A DNA stretch of 63,991 nucleotides, counting the filler, from Octopus bimaculoides (taxonomy: Eukaryota), in assembly GCF_001194135.2 (NCBI RefSeq). It is 4 parts of 4 records of this genome, joined end to end, with 100 filler letters (N's around TTAATTAATTAA, not from the genome) between each part and the next. Parts side by side here need not be neighbours in the genome. Positions count along the whole stretch, not along the records: positions 50,680 to 62,195 come from NC_069002.1; positions 62,296 to 63,991 come from NC_068982.1; 2 more parts are not named here. The stretch is one strand, 5' to 3'. The position numbers and the translations under genes were made by a program. Shown here one piece after another: positions 52,907 to 63,991 of this stretch; within the stretch, counting starts at the first letter, position 1, and each line of letters begins with the position of its first letter. The notes under the pieces were generated by a model. The model was given only the letters and a program-made list of their open reading frames with translations. It did not search any database and was not told where the DNA came from.

Positions 52907-52912
<6 letters not shown>
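52691..52912 (+). mobile_element. Mariner-derived MITE
   Basis: Imperfect TIRs gctgaaaagttcttggcttt and aaagccaggaatctttaagc; transposase tail CVNLRGEYIE*. Confidence 0.65.
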
Positions 52913-52951
<39 letters not shown>

Positions 52952-53324
52952 NNNNNNNNNNNNNNNNNNNNNNNNNNNNNNNNNNNNNNNNNNNNNNNNN
53001 NNNNNNNNNNNNNNNNNNNNNNNNNNNNNNNNNNNNNNNNNNNNNNNNNNNNNNNNNNNNNNNNNNNNNNNNNNNNNNNNNNNNNNNNNNNNNNNNNNNN
53101 NNNNNNNNNNNNNNNNNNNNNNNNNNNNNNNNNNNNNNNNNNNNNNNNNNNNNNNNNNNNNNNNNNNNNNNNNNNNNNNNNNNNNNNNNNNNNNNNNNNN
53201 NNNNNNNNNNNNNNNNNNNNNNNNNNNNNNNNNNNNNNNNNNNNNNNNNNNNNNNNNNNNNNNNNNNNNNNNNNNNNNNNNNNNNNNNNNNNNNNNNNNN
53301 NNNNNNNNNNNNNNNNNNNNNACG

Positions 53325-53356
<32 letters not shown>

Positions 53357-53579
53357 TTCATACAATACATATTACTACACATAAAATCTTATGCGTGTAC
53401 AATTGTATGTGTGCAAAGTTTGATGTCAAAAATTGGCAGAGAAATAAAATGATAGATAAGCATTCGATCATACTATAAGATCGATCTCATGAACTGAAAT
53501 TTAGTTTTAAGAATCAGTTTCTAGCACACGTAAGGAATACATTTTTGGCAGATTGTTTCACTGGTTAACTGAGAGAAAG

Positions 53580-53900
53580 ACGTACCTTCCAATCTAAAGA
53601 ATCAGCCTGCAGTCGTGTGCCAGTGTTTAATCAGATAAGATATACACAGCTCGAGTATCCGAATCCAGAGAGACATGTCGTCTGCGTCGACAAAAAATAT
53701 ATTTATTTATAAAGTGTAAAGTTTTTTTTCTCAGTTTTTGTATGTAGTGGTGCGAAAAGAAAAGCTTCTTTAATCTGTTAGTGCATTTGTGAGTGTACAG
53801 ACGTTTATTTTAAAAAAATACTGTCGAGCTGTTTGTCACTGTTGGCGCCCTGAACAATAACAAAGGAAAGACAGCTTCATCTTGTAAACTACGCTCTCCA
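53580..53900. promoter_or_regulatory. CpG-rich, promoter/first-exon-like region
   Basis: Minus-strand donor AAG|GTACGT at 53585, plus-strand GTGAGT at 53789, TGGCGCC at 53843. Confidence 0.3.
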
Positions 53901-54088
53901 AATCCGTTCTTTTTTTTTTCATTCTATCATATTTTTCATTCTCTTAATTTTTCTTTCTCCTCCTTCAACCTCGGAGTTTCTGCTCCTTCGTCATCTTCTT
54001 TCATTTATATTTTCTGAGTATTTCCTCCTGTGCTAAACAACTAATTTCCTACTGCCTTGTATATATATATATATATAGATAGATATAT

Positions 54089-54148
<60 letters not shown>

Positions 54149-54745
54149 AACTTACTTGGAAAAGGATGCGTGGCGTTCGATCATATAATAATATAAATAA
54201 TATATATATGCATATATCCATACATATATGTACATACCTACACANNNNNNNNNNNNNNNNNNNNNNNNNNNNNNNNNNNNNNNNNNNNNNNNNNNNNNNN
54301 NNNNNNNNNNNNNNNNNNNNNNNNNNNNNNNNNNNNNNNNNNNNNNNNNNNNNNNNNNNNNNNNNNNNNNNNNNNNNNNNNNNNNNNNNNNNNNNNNNNN
54401 NNNNNNNNNNNNNNNNNNNNNNNNNNNNNNNNNNNNNNNNNNNNNNNNNNNNNNNNNNNNNNNNNNNNNNNNNNNNNNNNNNNNNNNNNNNNNNNNNNNN
54501 NNNNNNNNNNNNNNNNNNNNNNNNNNNNNNNNNNNNNNNNNNNNNNNNNNNNNNNNNNNNNNNNNNNNNNNNNNNNNNNNNNNNNNNNNNNNNNNNNNNN
54601 NNNNNNNNNNNNNNNNNNNNNNNNNNNNNNNNNNNNNNNNNNNNNNNNNNNNNNNNNNNNNNNNNNNNNNNNNNNNNNNNNNNNNNNNNNNNNNNNNNNN
54701 NNNNNNNNNNNNNNNNNNNNNNNNNNNNNNNNNNNNNNNNNNNNN

Positions 54746-54825
<80 letters not shown>

Positions 54826-55371
54826 TTACTTTTACGTTTTGCCACCTCCGCTACCATTCTGTTATGGAATGTTGATATGTTCGCGTCTGTTTTTTTCTGG
54901 ATGTTTACAACATCAGGACTTTAACTCACATCGATCTACGCAGGATTGCATCTATGTGCATTATTTCTAAAACATTGGGAAGTTGAACTGAATTTGTATG
55001 CTCCTTATTCCTTTACTCCCGTCCTCTATGTCGTCATTTCATTAATATATATATACCCTTCTCATTTTCCCTATTTGTCTCTGATGATGGAATATCCCAT
55101 ACTCTGGTATATCCCAGAAACGGCAGTGAGACTTTGAATATTTTCCAATAAGAATAATGTATATGACTTGAGATATTTGCTTTGCCTTGACGTTCGTTGT
55201 TCTTTTTAGCAATTATATATCTGCTATATTGCAAATCTACAATGACTCCATAATTACTGTCTCAGCTATAACCTTGAAGCCCTGGTAATCCGTTACAGGA
55301 CTTAATTAGCATACCTAATCGTTTAGATCACCTGTGAACTAAATCCCCATAATTTGTATATATACATATAT

Positions 55372-55679
55372 CGTGGCACTCCGTCAGTTACGACGACGAG
55401 AGTTCCTGTTGTTCCGATCAACGGAACAGCCTGCCCGTGAAATTGAATGGCTGAGCTCTCCACAGACACGTGTACCCTTAACGTAGTTGTCTGGGAGATT
55501 CAGCGTTACACTGTGTGTGTGACAAGGCTGGCCTCTTTGAAATACAGGTACAACAGAAACAGGACGAAAGAGTGGGAGAAAGTTGTGGTAAAAGAGTAGA
55601 GAAGTGTTCTAGACCCCACCCCACCCTTGCCCGAGCCTCGTGGAGCTTTAGGCGTTTTCGCTCAATAAACACTCACGGC
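55372..55679 (-). mobile_element. SINE family D (head lost in gap)
   Basis: Collinear with 6310-6770. Confidence 0.85.
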
Positions 55680-56274
55680 NNNNNNNNNNTGTGTGTGTGT
55701 GTAAATGTAATGTGTGTGAGTACAATTAAGTACATTTCGACCCCGGGATGACTGTGAAATATGTAGAGGACGTTTTCTGTCCATATTACAAGCTGGTCTA
55801 AATCTTGCTGCTCCACTACCGCACAACCGAACAAAGCTGTGTCGATGGCCGAGGCAAGTTCTGTCTGAATACTTCTGTCTATAAAAGTTCTAAATTACAA
55901 AAGTTCATCTGTGCAATTAAAGTAAACACTGTGTTATCAACAACGCTTCGTTAGCTTCAAGTATTCAGTTACAGTCTTGCAATGTCATTAAGCTACGATA
56001 TAATTAACCATACCGCGACGTATCTTCACCCATCGTTCTAAGTCGACGTCATTTTGAAATGAAGATGTCTCTATAATTTCGTATGATTTGAAAGACCATA
56101 TTTAATATTACCATTTTTTTTTCTATCCTGGTTCCTTCCTTATTATTTCGCAATCATATATCTTAATTATTTCTGACGTGAGCCAATTAAAAGGAACTTT
56201 TGTGACTCTTAAAGAAGACGGGTTAATGAGGTTTACCATAATCATTTAACGTCCTCTTTGTGTGGCTTTGCATG

Positions 56275-56410
56275 ATTCTCAGTGATATGAGTTCTGGGTT
56301 CAGTCCCATGGCGTGGAACCTTGGGCAAGTGTCTTCTACTATAGCCTCGGACCGACCAACGCCTTGTGAGTGGATTTAGCATGCAGAAATTGAAGGAAAC
56401 CCATCGTGTA
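56275..56410 (+). mobile_element. SINE B 5' half
   Basis: gggttcagtcccatggcgtggaaccttgggcaagtgtcttctactatagcc. Confidence 0.8.
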
Positions 56411-57151
56411 TATATATATATATATATATNNNNNNNNNNNNNNNNNNNNNNNNNNNNNNNNNNNNNNNNNNNNNNNNNNNNNNNNNNNNNNNNNNNNNNN
56501 NNNNNNNNNNNNNNNNNNNNNNNNNNNNNNNNNNNNNNNNNNNNNNNNNNNNNNNNNNNNNNNNNNNNNNNNNNNNNNNNNNNNNNNNNNNNNNNNNNNN
56601 NNNNNNNNNNNNNNNNNNNNNNNNNNNNNNNNNNNNNNNNNNNNNNNNNNNNNNNNNNNNNNNNNNNNNNNNNNNNNNNNNNNNNNNNNNNNNNNNNNNN
56701 NNNNAAATTTGATGATGAAAATGCACCAAAATTTGAAAAACTTATAATTGTTTTTAAATAAATACTTTTTCGTTTAGCAATGGTAAAATTTTAAAATTAT
56801 GAATTAGAAAAAACATGTTTAAAAGTCTCAATGTTTACATGTCTAAATAAATGTTCATAACAGTCAATGATATCAAAAAAAATGTGGATCATCTTGTTTA
56901 AATGCACACAATTCAATAGTGTTAGTAGTGATCAATAAGAAATGTGGATTATCAAAGTTTCAGTCATACTGATCTAAGAGGGAGAAAAACAAGGGAGAAA
57001 TGAAGATGATAATATAAAAGGGGGTTGGTTTACAGCTTCTGTGATTCTTTTTCTGCCGTGTGCAGGGACTTTCGCTTGTAACGGCGTTTTTTGGAATCCG
57101 GCGTATTTATAATTTTTTCCATGAACGGATCTGATTTTTGATTCGTTAAGG

Positions 57152-57435
57152 CAGGGGTTTTCAGACTTTTTGACTTCCGGACCCCTTTATATTTCAGGCT
57201 TTACCTTATAAACGCTTATGAAATTTATACACAAATATTTGCTTAAAATGACATATTTTTACATTTGTTCATTTAACAGTATTTAAACAAATAGGTTTAT
57301 TGTCAATTAAAAGATTTCGATTAAAAACCATATATAAAATCAAATTGCCCATAAAAAGTATTTGCTGTTCACGGACCCCCTGTCATGTCCTTGCGGAACC
57401 CCTGTGGTCCGCGGACCACAGTTTGAAAACCACTG
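57152..57435. mobile_element. hAT-like MITE
   Basis: TIRs caggggttttcagac and gtttgaaaaccactg; subterminal ggacccc motifs; no clean TSD. Confidence 0.7.
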
Positions 57436-57637
57436 TATTTGCAACGTCTTGTTTTTCTGGTGGCCAAGTTTGTCGTTCCGCATCGTTGGCTTCTCTGTAG
57501 AGAATGGTCATCAGCCGTTCCAGTTGGTTGGTGCATTTTCAACAACAAATTTGCCCATGTTTTTTCCTGCGTGGAAATACAACGCCTCTTAAATCTGCTG
57601 AATAAATGACCATCCTTAAAATCTGCAGAATGAACAG

Positions 57638-57712
57638 CAAATATTACTCTACCGCTGGTATTCGAGTACTATATTTTCCTCCTTGTTTCGCATTTATGTG
57701 CTTACTCTGGTA
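57638..57712 (+). repeat. About 75-bp interspersed repeat end (also 59755-59830 minus, 61207-61285 plus)
   Basis: atattactctacc...ggtatt(c/t)gagtact...ccttgtt...cattt...gtgcttactc(c/t)gg in three copies. Confidence 0.75.
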
Positions 57713-58143
57713 TATATATATATATATATATATACACACCCACATATATATAAACATATACACATATATATACGGTATAAGCACATGAAACACTGGTGAT
57801 CTGTGGTAATCATGGTAATTAGGTTGTATTTGTTTCCCTAACTTTTGTGTTAGTCTTATGAAACGTTCTTCGGCAAATAAATGACAACGGTTTTCCTTGG
57901 ATATTTAAGTTTGGTGAAAAATTTTCTGTATGGATTTTGTGGAAGAAAAAACTCATCGGGCTGAGCTCTAAGTAACGTCAGCGAACTAACAAACATATTG
58001 CCTTGATGTGATTATTCTTCCTCAGTAGCAGATACGTCCTCGGTCATTTGTAGTGTGGCTCCAACCTTTGTCCATGTATTTAGAGATACAGCAAACACAC
58101 ACACAGAACACACAAACGCACAAACAACGCTCACACACACACG

Positions 58144-58193
<50 letters not shown>

Positions 58194-58316
58194 NNNNNNN
58201 NNNNNNNNNNNNNNNNNNNNNNNNNNNNNNNNNNNNNNNNNNNNNNNNNNNNNNNNNNNNNNNNNNNNNNNNNNNNNNNNNNNNNNNNNNNNNNNNNNNN
58301 NNNNNNNNNNNNNNNN

Positions 58317-58354
<38 letters not shown>

Positions 58355-58899
58355 TTATATATATGTGTGTGTGTGAGCGAGGCTGTTTCTGTGTGTGGTG
58401 AGTGTGTGTGTAAATATGTATTAGTGATACCATTCTACCAGGGAATTACTTTAAAGATTAACGTAACTGCGGAGTACTTAGCCACTTAGACACAAAGTCA
58501 ATGAGTAGATTATTCATCTTAACAATCAATTGGAATATTCAGTGTAGAAACCAGCATACAGTCATTTATATACACACACGCACACACACATCCATACACA
58601 CACATTTTCTCATATATACGCACACTCACGTTCATATACGCATAAACACGCGTTATTGCACATACATACATTCATATATTCATTCATGTGTATGTGTATG
58701 TACATGTGTATGATGGAGCGTGTGTGTTTGTGTGTGTGTGTTTGTGTGTGAGTGTGTGTTAAGTAATCTGATTCAATATTAGACAAGCTTCTCTGGATTA
58801 TAAATACCTACATACATACCACACAATACTCACACACACTCACACATACTCACATGAACTCTCATATACATATACACATCGTCGCACACATATACCAGA

Positions 58900-59292
58900 C
58901 AGGTATACAAATTTATTCACAAACATGTATATAATGATAGAAAATGTGTGTATTTAAATATATAGATATGTGTATATATAGATATTGATATATATATATA
59001 TATGTGTATGTATATATAATACGTATATATATATTTATGTATATATAAAGATATATATATATATATACATACATATATATATATTCATTCATATATAAAG
59101 ATATATACTTATTCATATATATATATACTCATATATATATATACTCATATATATATATATTCATATATATATATGTACTCATATATAAAAATATATATAT
59201 ATACTCATTCATATATATATACATATATATATATTTACTCATATATATATATGACTTATATGCATATTTATATATATACATATATATATACA

Positions 59293-59341
<49 letters not shown>

Positions 59342-59713
59342 NNNNNNNNNNNNNNNNNNNNNNNNNNNNNNNNNNNNNNNNNNNNNNNNNNNNNNNNNNN
59401 NNNNNNNNNNNNNNNNNNNNNNNNNNNNNNNNNNNNNNNNNNNNNNNNNNNNNNNNNNNNNNNNNNNNNNNNNNNNNNNNNNNNNNNNNNNNNNNNNNNN
59501 NNNNNNNNNNNNNNNNNNNNNNNNNNNNNNNNNNNNNNNNNNNNNNNNNNNNNNNNNNNNNNNNNNNNNNNNNNNNNNNNNNNNNNNNNNNNNNNNNNNN
59601 NNNNNNNNNNNNNNNNNNNNNNNNNNNNNNNNNNNNNNNNNNNNNNNNNNNNNNNNNNNNNNNNNNNNNNNNNNNNNNNNNNNNNNNNNNNNNNNNNNNN
59701 NNNNNNNNNNNNN

Positions 59714-59755
<42 letters not shown>
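58900..59755. repeat. TA-rich field with a tactcat(at)n higher-order unit; includes a gap
   Basis: Visible arrays. Confidence 0.9.
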
Positions 59756-59756
<1 letters not shown>

Positions 59757-60317
59757 GGAGTAAGCACATGAAATGTGCAACAAGGTGGAAAAAAGAGTAC
59801 TCAAATACCAGAGGTAGAGTAATATGCTTTAAAGTATATGTATATATATATATGTATGTATACACTGCATTCAAACATATATCCATCGGAACTGCGCATG
59901 ATAGGTTGAATGAAGTAAAACGTTGCATGAGTTGGTTCCCTCTTCTAATAAACACAGTTGTAACTAGTAACCTTTCTTTGATTAAAGAAACTAACGTAAG
60001 TGAAATTAATGACACTTGTCAGTGTCGTGATGCGAACATCTTATATAGACATGTGTAAGTATGGAAAGGCGACTGCCTATGCAACTAAAGAGACACCACA
60101 CAAACGTCACTCTTTATAGACATAAATTCACTGATACACGAACACACACGTACACAAACACGCACTCACACCCACCCACGTACAAGCACGCACACACGTA
60201 TTAAAGATGAAACAGATCTTCAAATATTTTTAGGCAGAGTTTCACGAAACCGTTCGTCAGTCAATTGCGTTAATACTGAATAATAATCATGCGAGTATAT
60301 ATAATGTTAATATTATT

Positions 60318-60592
60318 GTTACTTGTTTCAGTTATCTGACTGCGGCCATGCTGGAGCATCGCCTTTAGTCGAACAAATCGATCACAGGATATAGTCTATC
60401 GGTCTCTCTGTTTGCCGAACCTCGAAGTGACGGGAACGTAAACACACCAACATTGGTTGTCAAGCAATGGTGGGGGTACAAACACAAACGCACAAAGCTT
60501 TGGTCGGTCCCAGGTTATAGCAGAAGACAGTTGCTGAAGGTGCCACGCAGTGGAACTGGTTCCGGAACCATGTGTTTGGGAAGCAAGCTTCT
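60318..60592 (-). mobile_element. SINE B, internally deleted
   Basis: gactgcggccatgctggagcatcgcc...ggaaccatgtgtttgggaagcaagc. Confidence 0.85.
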
Positions 60593-61879
60593 TTATTTCA
60601 TAAATTGGCTATGGAAGCCATACACAGATGGGACAAACAAGAACAGACAAACATAGAGAGTGAAGAAGTTGCTTATTACGAATGAAAAAGTTTTGAATGA
60701 TAAAATATAAATGTCATACAGTTAAAAATTGTATCTTTTCTCTTTTTTCCTTTTATAAATTTCAATGTAAGTTTGATGATCATTGCAAATTTTGCAATGT
60801 GTGACTGAAGGAAAGGCATCCAACCGCCAGGTCTGAACCTTTATTTTTCCTTCTGGTCCCATTTACCTGGTTCCAGTCACTCGCAGCTTGTTCACTACTT
60901 GCTTCCATCCTTTCGCGAACATATCCTGTTATCGAGGTGGTAACTAAAGAAGTTAACCAACCCCTATCGGAGACGAAGGTACCTGTCACTATACCTCTTA
61001 CACGCGGCTTCCATACTGTTTCTTTCTGTATGGCTACTACGCAGAAAAAACAAGCCTTCCTTTCCCTGTTAAGGGAAGGAGGTGGCACAATCTTGATAAT
61101 AGACTCAGCCAATAGCTATACTCATCCCAGAGTTGACAACAGTTGCTCGGCAAAAGGAATCAGTCCCGATTATTCCGGACACTCCACGAAGGGTGCTTTA
61201 ATAAATAGAATATTACTCTATCTTTAGTATTCGAGTACTATTTTTTTGCTACCTTGTTTTGCATTCATGCGCTTACTGGTGTGTATATCCCCCCTTTTTA
61301 TGTTAGAGCGACTCTTCACTTCTACAAGAGGAAGAAGTAACAACGGGAAAATGGAATTACAGCCGCCACATATTTCTATGAAGAATATTCCCATTCCATT
61401 GACTAAGCAATATTTTAAGAAATCTTATAGAAATATCATATTTTATTCGCAAAATGAGATGGCGAACATACTTCTTCGGCAAGAAAGAAATAATGATATA
61501 GCACTAACAATAAGTTCGGCTTGAAGTCCAGAAACCCTGTCCTCCACCACAACCACCACCGCCAAATACAGATTAAGAATCTTTTGAAAGGGACTTTTTC
61601 GACCTTATTAGGAATATTAATTTCCGTAATATTAATGATGTATTTCAGGGGACAATGATGGAAAAGATTAACTATATATGAAGCTCAAACAAAATTTTCG
61701 CGTAGTCTGACGAAACAAATAACCTGTATGCTGTGGAGCAAAAATTAAGTGGGATTGCTAAAATGCTCCTGGTTTTAAGATTGTCGAGAAAGGCCTGGCT
61801 GGAGGTCCAGCCTTCTGAGTTCTTTTACAGGGCTTAGAAGAACCGAAGGACAGCTATAAGTGCGTGAATCTGGGAGGGA

Positions 61880-62020
61880 AATATGACGGGCTTCTTTCAG
61901 TTTCCGTCTAACAGATCCACTCGCAAGGCTTTAATCGACCTGAGGCTATAGTAGAAGACACTTGCCCAAGGTGCCACGTAGTGGGACTGAGCCCGGAACC
62001 ACAGCCACTCTTGCGCCTAT
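61880..62020 (-). mobile_element. SINE B 5' half
   Basis: gggcttctttcagtttccgtct...gtgggactgagcccggaacc. Confidence 0.8.
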
Positions 62021-62195
62021 TTAACAATATTGATTATAGTAGACATGCTTTTACTTCATATGTAAATATATATATATATATATATGCGAGTAAAAATAAA
62101 TACAAAAAAAGGTGGATTTTTTTGTATGATTGTGTATAGAGGAATATATGCGAGTAAAAATAAATACAAAAAAAGAGGTTTTGTATGATTGTGTA

Positions 62196-62295
62196 NNNNN
62201 NNNNNNNNNNNNNNNNNNNNNNNNNNNNNNNNNNNNNNNTTAATTAATTAANNNNNNNNNNNNNNNNNNNNNNNNNNNNNNNNNNNNNNNNNNNN
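62196..62295. other. Artificial scaffold spacer
   Basis: 44 N + TTAATTAATTAA + 44 N. Confidence 0.95.
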
Positions 62296-62324
62296 TGTCT
62301 GCCATTTGTTCATTGAGTGCTCTA

Positions 62325-62347
62325 TGTTATTATTATTATTATTATTA

Positions 62348-62390
<43 letters not shown>

Positions 62391-62395
62391 CATTA

Positions 62396-62478
<83 letters not shown>

Positions 62479-62490
62479 CATCATCATCAT
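62325..62490. repeat. (ATT)n microsatellite
   Basis: Visible array. Confidence 0.95.
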
Positions 62491-62892
62491 CTTCATTCAG
62501 TTTTGTTTCTATTTCTTGCTGTATGTCTTCCCGGCACCTAAAACAAAGTCGCTGCATACATTATAAGGCCATTAGAATAAACACACCAAGTCATGTGGTA
62601 GAAAAAAGGAAGAAAGGAAGACAAAGGAAAGAAAAAATATCAAAAATGGGAAAAGAACGAAAAAAAGATGAAAACAAAGAAAAGAAGGAAAAAAAAGTAA
62701 AAGATTCTCGGTAATATTGCTCCTCTCAATACGTGTGACATATTAGTTAAAACAATCTTTTGCACGTCTGCAATAATAATAATAATTATAATAATAATAA
62801 CACTACTACTAATAATAAACACATTTTACTGTCATCTTAACGTCTGACTATCATCTTATAATGAAATTACTATTATAACAAACTTCTAATGC

Positions 62893-63470
62893 ATTGGGTC
62901 ATCCCATAAATAATGCAATTTTTTCAATTGCATGAACTAAAAGTCGGAGGGGAACGGTATAAACTACCTGCATCAACTTACTATTAAAAACAGGTAGTAA
63001 TTTGAATATGTCCGTATTTTTAGTGCAAGTTTTGAAGAGTGCAGTTCGATTTTAACAGTTATATTTTTCAATGCTATAATGGAAGTGACAAAGGAGAATA
63101 TTCGGCATATTTTGCTGTATGTGTTCAATAAAGGCAGCAACGCAACGGAAAGTGCGAGGAACATTAATGCAGTATATGGGGATCGGACAATAAGCGTAAG
63201 CCAGTGTCAATGGTGGTTTTAAAAATTCCGAACCAGAAACTACAGCCTCATTCTGGAAGACGAGCCTCATTCTGCAAGATCCGTGGAGCTCGACAAGGAC
63301 GTCCTGCAAGACCTGGTGGAACAAAATTTCATCGTAGATTTGGTCATTCAACCATTCATCGACACCTGTATGCCATCGGAAAAGTCAGCAAATTGGGTCA
63401 ATGGGTTCCTCACAAACTAACCGAGTCTAATCGGGCACAGAGAGTGAATGTGTGCTCTTCTTTGCCTACC
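62893..63470 (+). mobile_element. Mariner 5' half (3'-truncated)
   Basis: TIR-like attgggtcatcccataaataatg. ATG at 63079, MEVTKENIRHILLYVFNKG...GQWVPHKL (WVPHEL motif). Confidence 0.9.
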
Positions 63471-63824
63471 ACATAGATGAAAGAGCATTGAAGAAAATGA
63501 AGGAGAGTATATTATATTTTAGATTAAAAAATAACTTTTTGTTAGGGGTTTGGTTTGAGTCTTCTGTTGTATTAATTTTTATATTGAGTGTGGTTTTGTG
63601 CAGCGCAGGTTGTGTTCTTCCATCAGTTATCGGCCTTCTATGGTACATGTTGTGGGTTTTGTTCATTTTGTTGGGTATTTAGAGTATGAGTTTATTCTTT
63701 TTATGTTTTTGGAGTGATGTTGTATAGTAGTGTATGTGTGTAACTCATAAATCAACTATTTTATAGTATTTATGATTATCCGTCTACCGTTCTTTCTCTC
63801 TTGGTTAGTTTTGTTATGGGTTCT

Positions 63825-63840
63825 GTTAATTATTATCATT

Positions 63841-63908
<68 letters not shown>

Positions 63909-63910
63909 CA

Positions 63911-63991
<81 letters not shown>
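63825..63991. repeat. (ATT/ATC)n microsatellite
   Basis: Visible array. Confidence 0.95.

Noticed and set aside
53843-53858. tggcgccctgaac as a tRNA-Lys primer-binding site
   Set aside because: No adjacent LTR or gag; the match is short and imperfect.
62080-62195. About 60-bp tandem duplication
   Set aside because: Lies at a scaffold end and may be an assembly artefact. Similar small duplications at 37409-37484 and 48521-48735 show nothing beyond slippage.

Overview
AT-rich, microsatellite-dense animal genomic DNA. The SINE families, repeat density and composition point to an octopus (coleoid cephalopod); this is my inference, not a database result. Three identical 100-bp spacers (44 N + TTAATTAATTAA + 44 N, centred at 24003, 50624 and 62240) show the window is four concatenated scaffolds, so adjacency across them is not biological evidence. 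The content is mostly transposon debris: three tRNA-headed SINE families (my labels A, B, D), a (GAT)n-tailed retroposon (C), Tc1/mariner elements (irritans-like, DD34D, DD37D/maT), R4/Dong-like RLE LINE, RTE, CR1 and Gypsy remnants, and hAT- and piggyBac-like MITEs. I recognise no intact host gene. Most ORFs in the track are microsatellite or N-gap artefacts. A CpG-depleted block at 33.0-50.6 kb looks like a methylated gene body and contains candidate small exons on both strands, none assignable to a known protein. I found no convincing new biological system. The best leads are a mariner with two facing 5' ends, repeated SINE-in-SINE nesting, inverted repeat pairs that could be ADAR substrates, and a candidate micro-exon chain.
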